From: the human T2T-CHM13v2.0 reference genome, Homo sapiens
Length of the DNA stretch: 64,000 bases
NCBI RefSeq assembly: GCF_009914755.1
Contig: NC_060941.1
Direction: 5' to 3' (one strand)
Positions 47,514 to 63,607 of the stretch are shown here, one piece after another (position 1 is the first letter of the stretch; each line of letters begins with the position of its first letter). Below the pieces are notes generated by a model. That model was not told the DNA's origin. It was given only the letters and a program-made list of their open reading frames with translations, and searched no databases. A program made the translations under genes and the position numbers.

Positions 47514-48685
47514 GGATTATATTTGATGATTCTATTTGTCAGTTTAATATCACATCAACTTTTATGGTATCTGGAGGAATTGATCCCATTCTGGGTAAGT
47601 CTGATGCCCGTATGGCTCAATTCGTTGCTTGTATCTCTGGCTTTGGTTACTGCTCCAGAGAATTGCCTGATTCCATACTGCATGAAGTTTTAAGATATTT
47701 GAATACTAGAGAAATTTCCAAACCTAGCAAAAGGGTCCTGTATTATACAAATCTTACAGAAATCTCCAAGGCCTCTCATCACATCTCCAGGAGATCTACA
47801 TCTGTGTCTCTTATATGTGGCCAAAGAGGCTATCCTTGACTAACTCTGGGTCACTGGGATGCCTATTTTCCCCATACCACCTTATTATTTGGATACTTTA
47901 CCAGAACGGGTAGGAAGTCTGCTGGTCAGATATAGATCATAGTTATCACAGTCAACAGCAGTCTATGTGGATTCTTGGTGGCATTTGACACAGCCACTTT
48001 CACTTTGCTTAAATACTTTTATCTCTTACTTTCTATGACATCATAGTCTCCTGGTTGTCCACTTTCCTTAATGGTTCTCTGCCATGCAGGTACCCATTCC
48101 AGGGAGTCCCTGGTTCCCAAAGTCATCCTGATTTTCACTCACAAGCTACCCTTAATATTTAAACAAATAGGCTGGAAACTCTGTCTCTAGGCTTTTGGGA
48201 AGGGCCCATAGGAGAATGACTGGGTTTCTCATTAATTGATTAGAAGGTACATTGTTAAGGTAACAGCTGCTGTAACAAATCAGCCCAAATAAATAATGGT
48301 TCAAAGACAATAGTTGTTCTTTTGTTTCACTCCTGATAAATTTAAAACAATGGTTCCTAATTGGTGCGTAGTCCTCCTTCACTAAGTTAGGGACTCAGGC
48401 TCCCTTCATCTTGTGGCTCTGCATATTTAACATGTGGTCACCATACTTAAGAACATTTAGGTAGCAAAATAAGAGAGAACATAAAAGATGACATGTGTGA
48501 TATTTTTATGGGACACACACATAGCAATCAGAATCCCTGGCAGGAAACAGTTGGCATAATCAAAGTCAGTGTTTGTTTGTAAATCTCTTTTATTTTCTCT
48601 ACCATAAAAATTGCTATTGTTATTTTATATTGATATGGATTATTGTTATATTTTTATTGTGAATTATTCCCTCTAGCCTTCAAAA

Positions 48686-48987
48686 GGCTGGGCGTGGTGG
48701 CTCATGCCTGTGATCCCAGCACTATGGGAGGCCGAGGCGGGCAGATCACGAGGTTAAGAGATCGAGACCATCCTGGCCAACACGGTGAAACCCCGTCTCT
48801 ACTAAAAATACAAAAATTAGCTTGGCATGGTGGCACGTGCCTGTAGTCCCAGTTACTCGGGAGGCTGAGGCAGGAGAATTGCTTCAAACCCGAGAGGCGG
48901 AGGTTGCAGTGAGCTGAGATCACGCCACTATACTCCAGCCTGGGCGACAGAGCGAGATTCCATCTCAAAAAAAAAAAAAAAAAAAAA
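48686..48987 (+). mobile_element. AluS
   Basis: Full dimer. Confidence 0.9.
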
Positions 48988-49027
48988 CACGTAGCCTTGC
49001 TTTCTGCTCTGAATTCTATAATGTCTA

Positions 49028-49326
<299 letters not shown>

Positions 49327-49852
49327 TATAATATCTAATTTTAAGATTATGAGTGATACTTTTTTTGTCTGTTATACATTTGCCCATCCTTTTATTTTCA
49401 ACTTCCAGAATTAGTTTATTTTAAATGTACCTTTTGTGTATAGTAGACAGTTGGGTTTTTCTTTGTAATCTAATATGAAAATATTTTTCTTGTAATACAT
49501 GCTATGTTCATTTACATCATTTACATCTATTGATATGCTCTATTTTTAAGTTTTTCATGTGATTTTTTATATATATAAATTATAATGTTTTACTCTGTGG
49601 CTTCTTATTGCAGTTAGACTATTCAAGAAGGTTTATAATTTTGATCTAGCAATAATCTTTATAGTTTCTATTTGATATAAAGACCTTAATCTCCTCATTT
49701 AAAATATTTCTTAGTATGAGCAATGATGAAATTGGCTTGTAGATATTTCCTCCCTCTCATCACCAAATTTTTATTGATATCTTTTAAAAATTTATTCTTA
49801 AATGTGTGTGTACTTCTACTACCTGAATTGTCATTATTAAACAGGCAATAGT

Positions 49853-50250
49853 TGTGTACTAGAGTTCTCTAGAGAGACAGACCCAATAGGATAGAGAGAC
49901 ACACATATAGATTACACACACAGATATATATATAAATATAGATTTATAGATACATATACACACACATACACATATATGAGGGGGGTTATTATGGGAATTG
50001 GCTCATGTGATTATGGAAGCTGAGAAGTCCCACAACAGGCCATTGGTGAACTGGAGACTCCGGGATGCTGGTAGTATGGCTTAATCCAAGTCTAAAGGCC
50101 TCAGGTCTAGGGAAGCTGATTGTGTAATTCTTGGTGTGAGGCCAAGGTCCTAAGAACCTGTGAAGCTGCTGATGTAAGTCCTGGAATCCAGGCTGGCAAA
50201 CCTGGAGTTCTGTTGTCTAAGGGAGGAGATGAGTGTATCCCAGCTCTAGA
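49853..50250 (+). mobile_element. MLT2-type (ERVL) LTR fragment
   Basis: gttctctagagagacagacccaataggata...gaattggctcatgtgattatggaagctgagaagtccca. Confidence 0.75.
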
Positions 50251-50353
50251 AGACATGTTTGCCCTTTTCTTGATTTATCATAAGTATTTTAAACTCATAT
50301 GGAAGTGTTTGGATACATGTTTTATTTGCTCCTTAGCAACATATTTCTGGTGA

Positions 50354-50701
<348 letters not shown>

Positions 50702-50759
50702 TAAGAAAACATTCACAAATGCTGGGGATTAGGACATGGACATTTTCTACCTACCATGA

Positions 50760-51355
50760 TATCCATCAACTCTGAAAGTGTCCCTGTGCCCTTTTATGAC
50801 CCCTTCCTATGGTTCCTTCCTCCCTGCATTCTGCACCTATGACCCCAGGCAACCACTGATCTACTTTTTGTCACTATAAATTAGTTTGCATTTCCTCAAA
50901 TTTTATATAAGTTGAATTATAAAATATGCAGGGTTTTTTATTTGGCTTTTTTCACTCGGCAAAATTATTTTGAGATTTATCTTTGTTGTGACCTGTGTCC
51001 ACAGTTCACTATTCTTTTCTGTTGAGTAGTGTTCCACTATATGTATATACTGCAACTTAAGAAAAATCTGCCACTTGCTGATGGACATTTGAGTTGTTTC
51101 CGGTTTTTGACTCTTGTGATAGTCAAAATATTGACATATATATAAATTATAATACAGCTGCTATGGACATTTGTGAACAAGTCTTTGTATGGGCATATGA
51201 TTTTATTTCTGTTGGGTAAATATCTATAAGGGAAATAATTTGCTTGGGGATGACTGGTTCACATGGTATATGTGTGCCTAACTTTTGTAGAAACTGCCAA
51301 ACTGTTTCCCAAAGTGTCTATATCTGTTTACGTTCCTACTAGAGTTCCAGTTACT
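50760..51355 (-). mobile_element. Old L1M 3'-end fragment
   Basis: ccaggcaaccactgatctact...gatggacatttgagttgtttcc...aaactgccaaactgttt. Confidence 0.7.
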
Positions 51356-51367
51356 CATAGGGTGGTG

Positions 51368-52686
51368 GCCACTGGATTAGTTTTCATCTGCACTTACCAG
51401 CAGCAACAGCAGTGGCACCATGGTAAGGTGAATGCTCCTTGGCTGCGGCAGGATGCTAGTGGGTGCTGGGGTACCAGCCTCCATGCAGGCATTCATAGCA
51501 GCAAAAGAGGTAGCATGGCTTGGGCGGCACAAGGGTCTTCTGCCAGTGACCATGCATGTGTTTGTGGCGGTGGTGTTAGCATGGAGACAGGGTGGTGTTG
51601 GGAGCAGGACTGTGTGTGCAGTTGTGTGTGTGCTCACATCGGTGGTGGTGGCTGCTCAGGGAAGGGGTGGGATTCGCTGTTCTCCATGCCTAGCTTTGTG
51701 CCAGTTGCAGTTTTGGCACAGGGCCAGGGCACTGTTGGTAGCAGAGCTGGTGTGTTCCATGCCCACCAACACTGACAGGTATGGTGAGGGGCAGGAGAAC
51801 GGAGTGTATTCATGCCAGCAGCAGTGGCATGGCAGGGTGTGCACACATGTGCACTGGTGGGGAAGGAAAGGCAAAGTTTGCCTGTAAACACATGCAGTGG
51901 CAAAGCAATGTGGGTGGCCACAGGTGAGTGTGTACAGAGAAAGCTGCATGGGGGAGGCTATAGTTAAGGGAGGGCAAGGGTAGCCTGGTGCATATCTGTG
52001 AAGGCTGCTCTGCTGGATCCATATATTGGTCAGGCATGGTCCACCAGCACAGGAGCTATGATGTGGGCCCCCAAGGAGGTATCTGGGAGCTGCACTGCAG
52101 GCAGGTGCAGCCAGGCTGGGGCTCTGTGAGACGCCAGCAGACCAAGGGATGCTGAGGTCAAACTGGTCCTGTCTCATGGGCAACACCACCCTTCAGAGTT
52201 CAGGTCTGACTGTGCCCCTAGGGCTAAAGTGTCCTATGGGAGCAAGTCAAGCCTAGGGACATGGGTTTCCCTGGCTGTACTCCAGTACAGACATTGTTGC
52301 ACCGAACTCTCTGGGCTCTGCACCAGCAGGATTTCTGCCCCTACCCCTTCTCTAGACATCTCTTCCTGCCAACTCAAGTATATCTGGTGGTTGAGAGCTC
52401 TCCTCTTGTTGGGATTCTGGAGGCCCATGGTGAGGGTGGGCTGCTCCTTGCCTGTTAGACTCACCCCTTCCACAGGAATCAGTGGGGGCCAGAATGAGTC
52501 CTGGTGTGCAGTATCCCTGTTCAGGGTTCCCAGCTTCCTCCCCTTCAGCCCAGCCTCTGTGCCTTCCCTCTGTCCACTCTCAATGCCTTCCCTCTGAAGA
52601 TCTGCTAGGAGTGCACCAGTCTTCCTGATGTCTTGGTCCCTCACTGGGAGATGTTTCTACTGGCTGCATCTAGTAGGCCATCTTGG
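51368..52686 (-). mobile_element. Isolated L1 5'UTR, same family as 4920-6240
   Basis: Shares ctctgtccactctcaatgccttccctctgaag...ctggctgcatctagt with 6115-6225; begins CCAAGATGGCC (YY1-type) on minus. Confidence 0.8.
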
Positions 52687-52714
52687 AGCAGCAATTTGCA
52701 TGTTAAGGCTCAGA

Positions 52715-54667
<1,953 letters not shown>

Positions 54668-54765
54668 GGATTAGGCCATTTTTGCATTGCTATAGAGAAA
54701 TACTTGAGGCTGGATAATTTATGAAGAAAAGAGAGTTAACTGGTACACAGTTCTGCAGGCTTCAC
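54668..54765 (+). mobile_element. MST/THE1-type MaLR LTR fragment
   Basis: ttaggccatttttgcattgctata.agaaatac.tgaggctgg.taattta. Confidence 0.7.
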
Positions 54766-56346
54766 ATCAAACCCCACAGACTGGTACATCCCAAGCAGAA
54801 AAAATGAACATAAATCTATAACTAGACACATCAGAGTGAAACTTCAGAACACCGCAGATCAAAAGATAATCTGGAATACAGGCAAAAAGGAAGGAAAGAT
54901 CACCTACAAAGGAACCAGAATTAGCACAACAACAAAACTCCCAACAACAACGGAAGCCAGAAAATAACAGAATCAGGTCTTCGGTGTATTGAAAAAAATT
55001 ATTGGTCAACCAAGAAATGTGAACTCAGCAGAACTCTAAAAAAAATGGTTTCAATCATTTTTTAATGAGAAAATTTACTTCTAAAGAAAGACCTGCCTCA
55101 CAAAAACTTTTGGTAATGTGCTCAGAAAGAAAAGGAAAAATAATACTATAAAAGTTATCTGAGATGCCAAGAACGTGGTAATATGTAAAGAAACCAAAAG
55201 CAACAGTGTCAGGTTGAAACAAGCATGCTTTATAATTTGTAGTATTTTTTTAAAGGCAGATATGCTGGTTCCTCTCTGCCACTGAATGTAACAATGAAGA
55301 CCTGGGCAGAATGCGTGAAGCAGCAGTATCACGGGGGTTGGAGTGAAAGCAGAAGGAAAACTAGTAATCAGCTTACTAGATTTTCCCTGCAGAACTCCTA
55401 GACTGACTTCAAGGCAGCCTAAAACCTAGAGGTGCAAGTCAGCATGGACAGATCAAGCTTTAGGGAAAGCCCTCAGTTCTGGGATAAGGGAGTGATAAAG
55501 GGGTCTCCTGGAAATGACAACAGCAGCGGGGGCCGATAAGCACGTGCAGTCTGAAGAAGGGGAATCTTCCTCTCCAATCAGAAGAAGTGTGGTCCCAAGA
55601 GCGCGGGGAACACCTCCGTGGATTTTTTTTCCTCTCTCTTTCCTCTTATCACTTGACCCCGAATGAGGGCACAGATGCAAGAAGTGTACAGCAAGGTAGG
55701 CTAAATTAGGCCCTAAATTTCTGGCTGAAGGACCAAAAAGGAAAATGCCAGGAAACTGAAAAGCACAGAGGAGATCACAGGGAGAGAGGAGCTCAGGAAG
55801 GAAACCCCAAAATATTGTTTATAAGCTCAGGGGCTCATTCCTAAACTGCACAAACAGAGATTAGATCACGGACCAAACTACTAAAGACTGAGAGCTGAAT
55901 TCAGAGATAGGGTCCCATCCAGGTTCCTAACTGGGTGGCACATGCATGGGCTAGATCCAAATAGCATTGCAAAGGCCTGGAAAACAGAACTAGAATTGAA
56001 ACCACCGCGGAAGACTCATTCGAACTCGTGGGCTGAACTCAACCAGGTCAATGCTTCAGAAAAATACCAGCATTCTCCACAGGACATAAACAAGATTGTC
56101 TCATAACATACCATTCAAAATATTAGGATACAATCCAAAATTGCTCATCATAAGAAGACAGGAAAATCTCAGTTCACATGGGAAGAGACATAGATGACTA
56201 TGAAGAGAAGTTATAAAATACTCCAAGTCGGGGCAAACACTGTTGAAAAGGTAGAAGACCTCAGGAACTAAATAGAAAAATATAAAGGAGAACCAAATGA
56301 ACATTTCAGAACTGAAAAATGCAATAAGGTTTTTTAACTGTTTCTG

Positions 56347-58960
56347 TCAAGATGGCGGATGAGAGGCATTGCTGGCACGCCTCTCCCACGTGGAAGGACA
56401 AAATAGTGTAGAGACATTCACTTTGTGAACTTTTTTCAAGAGGCGATGCAGTCATTGAACAGGAAAACCCAGGGACGCTTTGAAGGACGCAGGAGGCTGC
56501 AGTCTACACTGTGAGTCAGGTGAAGGACTGTGAGTCCCAGAGTGTGAGAGGGGAAGAGTTTTTGCCTCTGGGATACACACCCCCACCAGGGACCCTGAAA
56601 GTACAGGACACGGAGGAAGGCCCTAACCCCACCCAGCAAAGGGACCAACTCGGGGAGGGTGGCGGAATATAAAAATAGGAGCAGTGGCAGAAGACACTTG
56701 CGTGCACTCCCAAATCCCAACACAGGAAGGCAGCCGTTCCTTACTGTTCCTCACAGGGGACCCCCGTGGAGGACAGGCAAAAAGTTTAGACGGCGGTCGC
56801 AGGTTGAACGAAGCTCCCGAGGGGTTTCATGATATATATACATAACCTTGGGTGGGGACCAACTCCCTTGGCCAGGGCCAGGCGTGGGAGAGTGAAAAGT
56901 GGGCTGCGAGTGCAGGGGGCCGTGAGTGCGGAAGCCGCGGGTGCAGGAACCTCGGGTGCCGGCTTTGCAGGACAGGGAAGGGTGTGGCGTGAAAACCACA
57001 ATTGCGATCTCCCGTGGGGAAAGCTTATAACTGTGGCAAGTTCCGATTACAGACTGGCTGGAATTCAGCTCGCCGCTGCCAGTGGAAGCTGTGGTAGTAG
57101 ATCTGCCTCACTGAGTGCATGGGAATTGGGGGCTCACCGCTGCCTGCTACTCCCCACTCTGCACAAACTCTTCTGCGCAGCGGGGGCAGAAGAACATCAA
57201 CCCAGTGGCCTGAGACCCACTCCATCCCCCAACATTCACAGGAGCTGCTGCTTGCCCTGCACACGGAGAATCAGAGCACAAACCTGACCGACGCAGCCCC
57301 CATCTCGCTTTGCCCCGCCACTTGCCCTGGTAGCTTAACACAAAGGACAGAATCTCTTGAGAGCTCTGTGGCCCTGACTATTGCCTGTGAAACCAGAGTA
57401 TTCCTCCCTCCACGCCCCCACCACCACGCCCCTCCCCCCCCCCCCCCCCCCACACACCCACCTACCGCAGCCGGTGTTCATTTGCAAGCACCACCTCCTG
57501 GCTGGAGGCCAACCAGCACAGTCCATTACAGCATCTCCTGGTAGAATAACATTGCACCCAGGAAGAAGGAGGCTCTATGATCTCAGCTATTACCACTGCC
57601 TGCATCACTCCGGCTAACCAGGAGGTCCTGAGTCCACATGACCAGCTCATTACTACTATAACTAGCATTCAAGAAAGCCAACATACTATGGCTACCAATA
57701 ACCAAGGAATTTCAGAGTCTACGTCACTCCCCTGCTACCCCCAGTAGAGCTGGTGTTGCTACCCACTTCTGGGAAACTGGCATTCACAACTGGCATTTCC
57801 CAACACCAGCCTGGAGGGTGGCAACGTCACTGGGCAGCTAGACCCAGAGGAGCAACAACATTCACAGTAGCGTGGCTCACAGGGACTCCCACTCATAGGG
57901 AAAGGGGGAGTGCGCCCCATCAAGGGAAGACCCTGTGGGACCAAAGAATCGGGATGGCAGGCCTTGAGCATCAGATCCTTCCGCTGGTGGAAAGCTTCCT
58001 TGAGCAGAGGCGCAGCTGAAGTGCTAGGCTCAGCGGGGAAAGCCTTCAGCTCTATCGCAACAGTCAGACAGCTTTGGTGCATGGGAAGGATCTTGGAGAA
58101 GAGGCAGTCTTTCCCCCCTTGTTCACCACCATATGCACAGTTGGGACTTCTCCCACAGGAGCTCGACATGGATGCAACTATAGACGGCCATTCTGGAACA
58201 CATCAAGGCGACTGCATCCCCACAAGAGGAGCACCCTCCAGGATCAGGCTTGCACAAGAAACAGTCACAATTCCTCTCTATTTGGAACACCAACACCTAC
58301 AGATGAAAAGAGGTGCCTGTCTGATCTGAATAGCCAGAGCGCTGGGACAGGAGCATATCTAAGAAGTGGAAAACGTCCCTGCTGACCTTGCAGGGGAGCT
58401 AAGGTGGCTCCAACCCTTCTCCCTGATAAGACCTCACTGTGACTCACCGAGGGCTCCTCCAGCCACCTCTGTCAAGCCTGGGTCTTCATTTACCCACTTG
58501 CTTTACCCACAACCGATTCCTACTCAGGGACACCTCTTCTACTGGCCTGAAACCTGAACCATCAAACCAGTAAATAAAATACTGGGGGAAAATAAATAAA
58601 TAAAAAGTGCATGAGATGGGAGAAGGAGATAAGCTTTAAGAAACCTCTACCATTCCAACCCCCTAGGAGATAATGGAATGGAAAACCAAACACTGTATGT
58701 TCTCACTTATAAGTGAGAGCTAAGCTAGGAATACGCAAAGGCATACAGAGTGATATAACGGACTTTAGAGATTCAGAAGGAGATTCAGGAGGGTGGGAAG
58801 AGGACCAAGGGAACAAAATCTATGCATTAGGTACAATGTACACCATTCAGGTGACGGGTGCACCAAAATCTCAGACTTCACCGCTATATAATTCATCCAT
58901 GTCACCAAAAACCACCTGTACCCCATTAATAAATTAATAATAAAATAAATTTTTAAAAAA
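56347..58960 (+). mobile_element. L1PB-type element reduced to a ~2.3 kb 5'UTR joined to a ~290 bp 3' end
   Basis: Starts TCAAGATGGCGG; GC-rich UTR; abrupt switch at ~58675 to gaatggaaaaccaaacactgtatgttctcacttataagtg; A-rich tail. Confidence 0.7.
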
Positions 58961-59429
58961 AGTTTTAGCTCACTGAGTGAGCTTGCAGCAGAATGGAGAC
59001 AGCAAAGGAAACAGTCAGTGAATTTGAAGATAGCTCAATAGAAACTATGCAATTTGAATGACATCAAGAAAAAATTGTTTAAGTAAATAGAGTCTCAAGG
59101 ACATGAAGGACAAAACCAAAAGGTCTAACATTCATGTCATCAGAGTCAAAGAAAGATAAGAGTGTGTGGTGCACAAAAAAAATAAATAACGACTTCCAAT
59201 TTTTCAAATTTCATAAAAGATATAACTTACAGCTTCGAAAATCTCAACAAATCACCAACAGGATAAAACAAACAAATCCTCATCCAGATAATCACAATCA
59301 AACTAGTGAAAACTAAAGCCAAAGAAAAAAATCTTGAAAGCAAGCAGAGAAAAGCAATGTATTTCCCATAGAGAAATAATAATTTGAATGACTGCAGGGT
59401 TCTCATCAAAAACAATGGAGGCCAGAAGA

Positions 59430-60348
59430 TTCATCTGACAAAGCACTAATATCCAGAATCTACAACAAACTCAAACGAATTAGCAAGAAAACAACAATCC
59501 CATCAAAAAGTGGGCTAAGGACATGAATAGACAACAATTCTCAAGATATACAAAATGACCAACATATGAAAAATGCTCAACATCACTAATCAGGAAAACA
59601 CAAATCAAAACCACAATGTGATACCACCTTACTCCTGCAAGAATGGCCATCATCAAAAAAATCAAAACATAATAGACGTTGGCACGGATGTAGTGAACAG
59701 GGAACACTTCTACACTGCTGGTGGGAATGTAAACTAGTACAACCACTATGGAAAACAGTGTGGAGATTCACAGAGAACTAAAAGTAGAACTACCATTCGA
59801 TCCAGCAATCCCACTACTGGGCATCTACCCAGAGGAAAAGAAGTCATTATACAAAAAAGGTACTTGCACACACATGTTTATAGCAGCACAATTCGCAATT
59901 GCGAAACTGTGGAACCAACCAAAATGCCCATCAATCAACAAGTGGATAAAGAAACTGTGATATGCATATACACATACATACGATGGAATACTACTCAGCC
60001 ATAAAAAGCAACGAGTTAATGGCAGCAACCTGGATGCAACTGGAGACTATTATTCTAAGTGAAGTAACTCAGGAATGGAAAACCAAATATCCTATATTCT
60101 CACTCATAAGTGGGAGCTAAGCTATGAGGATGCAAAGGCATAAGAATGACACAATAGAATTTGGGGACTCAGGGGGAAAGGGCGGGAAGAGGGTGAAGGA
60201 TTAAAGAACACAAATTGGGTGCAGTGTTTACTGCTCAGGTAATGGGTGCACCAAAATCTCATAAATCACCACTAAAGAACTTACTCAGGTAACCAAACAC
60301 CACCTGTTCCCCAATAACCTGTGGAAAGAAAATTTTTTTAAAAAAAGA
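59430..60348 (+). mobile_element. 5'-truncated L1PB/L1PA 3' end
   Basis: ORF2 C-terminal [14 protein letters not shown]...WNQPKCPSINKWIKKL; 3'UTR and A-tail. Confidence 0.88.
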
Positions 60349-61099
60349 AAGTAGAATAATATTTTTAAAGTGCTGAAAGAAAAGAGCTATCAACTCAGAA
60401 TTCTATATCCAGAAAAAAATATCTTTGAGAAATGAAGGTGAAATGATGACATTCTCAGATGAAAAGAAGAAAAAAAAACTAAGACAATCAATTTCCAGCA
60501 TATGTAATCTAAAAGAATTGCTTAAGAAATTTCTTCAGACAGAAGGGAAGTGATGTGAGAAGGAAACCTGGAACACGGGGAATCAAGCGAGAACAACAGA
60601 AACATTAAATATCTGGGTAAATATAACAGACTATCCCTCTCCTAATGAGTTCTTTAAAATATATTTGATGGTTAGAAGCAAATATTTTAACATGACTAAA
60701 AGATTTTTAATATACACAGATGTGATTAATGGGCTGACCATCTGAGTTCATCTGCTCTCAGCCAAAAAAATAACCACGGCTTCTCCCTCTGCTCAGCATG
60801 TCTTTTCTCTACCATGAGGTTCTACTTCTTTGTAACTTCTGTTCCCCATGGCCATCTTGGCCCCTCTGGCTTCTCTCCGTCTTTGTTCCTATTGCTAACT
60901 GCCTGATCCTCTCTGTATTTTCCAGATCAACACACACACACACACACACCCATAGTGAGAAACTGACCCTGCTCTTTTGTCTGGGGAGTGGTCCCATCCA
61001 AGTACACCTCTGACTGTGGATGGGGCAGATTTCCTTATAAGGGGATGGCAGGTATTATGATCGCCATGTAGAATTCAGATGCATTAAACATTTTGTTAT

Positions 61100-62460
61100 T
61101 CTGAGAACCATGCCACACATTTACACCCCTCTAAGCCTTGATATGGTCTATTCCTTCTTCCTGGGATTTCTTTTCCTCTTTGCCTAGAAAACTTGTACAT
61201 ATCCTTAAAAATCCAACACGAGGGCTCAGTCACTCCTCCTTTCTCTTCAGTCCCCATTGCCCTTACATCCAACCTCTATTCAAGTATTTAATATGCTCTT
61301 TGGACACTGGTTGTCTATACATTTGTCGCCCCAACCAGACAGCTTGCTCCCAAAAGGAGGCATCAGGAGATTCTCATTACTATATTCCTACTGCCCATTA
61401 ACCGTTATATTCATTCATGTCTTGTCATCCATTCAACAAATATTAATTGAATGTCCACTGTGTGTCAGCCTCTGTATGAGGCACTGGAATGCAAACGTGA
61501 ACAAGTCAGAGTCCCTGCCCCCTCGGAGATTAGCGTGGACCACACTGTGTCTGGCACATAGTGAATGTTCAGTAAGTTATTTTTAAGTTGGATCGTACTT
61601 GCTTATAGTTCTCTACCAAGGAGCCCTTTGACCTTTCTCAGACATCAGAGCTTTCACAGATGAAAAGGAGTGGAAAGTTAAGTGGGCCATGATTCCCAAA
61701 AGCACCTCAGACTTGGTTATCAAAAACCAAGCAACTCTTCTAGTCCTTATGTGTCCCACATCTCAGCAAATACACACACATCATATACCTAGTTACCCCA
61801 GCCAAGAACCAGGGAGTAACAATGACCAATCTTTCCTTCTCTTCTGCTCTCTCTCACACAGTCTACTCTTTCTCTTTCTCTTCCTGTCATCACCAATTAA
61901 ACAATGGAGTCCTGACCGCTCCACTTCCTTCGCATGTCTTCCACCCTGCCCGTCTCCATTCCTGCTTCCCCTGCTTGCTGCAGGCCTTTATTATCTCTCC
62001 CCAGCACACCAAAGACGTCTCCTCATGGGTCTCCTGTTTTCTGTGCAACCACATCACTCATCTCTTCCTGACCCAAAATTCATGAATTTCCCTGAAATTT
62101 CATCAGCTCCCTGCAACTCTTGCTGTCTGTTTGCCCAGAATGCCTACCCTCTCCCCAACTGTCCTTCATTCCCATCAACCCGGTAGATATCTACACAGAT
62201 TTAAAGACTCAGCTCAAGTTGCCTCCCTGAGAAGCCTTTTCTATCTCCTCGAGGTGAACCTATCCCTCCCTGCTTTGTGCCCCCATAATACCCCACACGG
62301 GATTCTTTCTCCATTGTAACACACTGTTGCATTTACTTTTTATGTCTTTGTTTCCCCCCACTAGACTAGGAACTCCTTGAGGGAAAACAAAATCTCTATG
62401 TTCTCAATGCCTGGTGCATAGTATATGCTCAATAAATACTTTTCTGAATGAATCCAGTAA
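61100..62460. mobile_element. L2 fragments in both orientations
   Basis: cattcaacaaatattaattgaat; gcctggtgcatagt...ctcaataaatact...tgaatgaat L2 3'-end motifs. Confidence 0.6.
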
Positions 62461-62919
62461 ACAAAATACTTCCCTGTCTTTGGCCTTTGTGAAACAAGCA
62501 GCTAGACCTTCCAGGACGGGCTTCTTTGAGCCTCTACAAGAGTCAAATTAAGTAAGTAATTCACTGGGTTGTCTGCCTTTGTAGATCTGAGGAGGCCAAA
62601 CTCCACCTAATTTTCCCTACCCTGAGGCCCATCTGGTTCTCACCCAACAACTTCATGAGCACATCCAGATGGTCCCTCTAACATGAGCACTGCCAATGAC
62701 ATGTAGGACAGTCTCACACAATCTCATACTCGTATCCCTCTTCTGCGATCTTAATCCCCAAACCCAATTTTGCCTCTCCTTTAACCCTGTGTCCCCACCA
62801 CAGTTTTATCCTTCATCCATTCCTATAACATGTCCCCTGTTTATTCCCCAAACTTTATCTTCTTGCCTTCAAACCTTCAACCTATGCATAAGCATAATCA
62901 TTCTACATAAAAGCTATTG

Positions 62920-63215
62920 AGACTAGGCATGGTGGCACATGCCTGTAATCCTAGCACTTTGGGAGGACAAAGCAGGAGGAATGCTTGGGGCCAGAAGTTC
63001 AAGACCAGCTTGGGCAACATAGCCAGACCCCCATCTCTATGAAAAGTTAAAAAAAAAAAATGGTAGCCAGGTGTGGTGGCCTGCACCTGTAGTCCTAGCT
63101 ACCTGGGAGACTGGGGCTGGAGGATCCCTTGACCCAAGGAATTCAAGGCTGTGGTGAACTATGATCATGCCACTGCATTCCAGCCTAGGTGACAGAGAGA
63201 GACCCTGTCTCTCAA
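62920..63215 (+). mobile_element. AluJ
   Basis: Diverged dimer; TSD aaaag.tattga. Confidence 0.88.
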
Positions 63216-63460
63216 TATATAAATAATTTTTTCAAAAAGTTATTGAACATCTATGATGTCCAGATCCTGTGCCAGGCACTGAAGATAAATAGAGAAATAG
63301 AAGGTAAATAGAGATAGGTAGAGTCTCTGCACAGGGGAAACTCAGGGAGGCCAAAGAGATAATATATAATATGTAAATACCAACCCAGTCTATCAATAAG
63401 CATTGGCCTCAGGTTTTGGAAGGGTCAGTTCCATGGACTGTGGAGGTGGTCAAAAAATGC

Positions 63461-63463
<3 letters not shown>

Positions 63464-63494
<31 letters not shown>

Positions 63495-63607
63495 GATGGG
63501 GTCCCACTATGTTGTCCAGGCTAGTCTCAACTCCAGGGCTCAAGCAATCCTCCCACCTCAGACTCCCAGAGTGCTGGGATTACAAATATGAGCCACCACG
63601 CCCAGCT
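63464..63607 (-). mobile_element. FLAM monomer with (TG)n tail
   Basis: Monomer flanked by aaa.aatgctt repeats. Confidence 0.8.

Larger units (their letters stand above)
54766..60720 (+). mobile_element. Old L1M 5'/ORF1 fragments hosting two younger L1 insertions
   Basis: ORF1-type sequence resumes across the insertions (56100-56330, 58965-59430, 60350-60720). Confidence 0.6.

Noticed and set aside
47516-47839. Plus-strand ORF with GGIDPILG resembling bornavirus N GGSDPHPG
   Set aside because: Similarity does not extend beyond 8 residues and is opposite in orientation to the poly(A).
47515-47940. By-eye paramyxovirus matrix-like motifs on minus (DLLEM..EALEISVR, GLEISLVF, IPPDT)
   Set aside because: That frame has 10 stops in ~140 codons, more than random, and the spacing needs several gaps; likely over-fitting.
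51263-52644. Several 130-180 aa ORFs on both strands
   Set aside because: Lie in a GC-rich decayed L1 5'UTR; low complexity with no recognisable domains. The same applies to 56436-58557.
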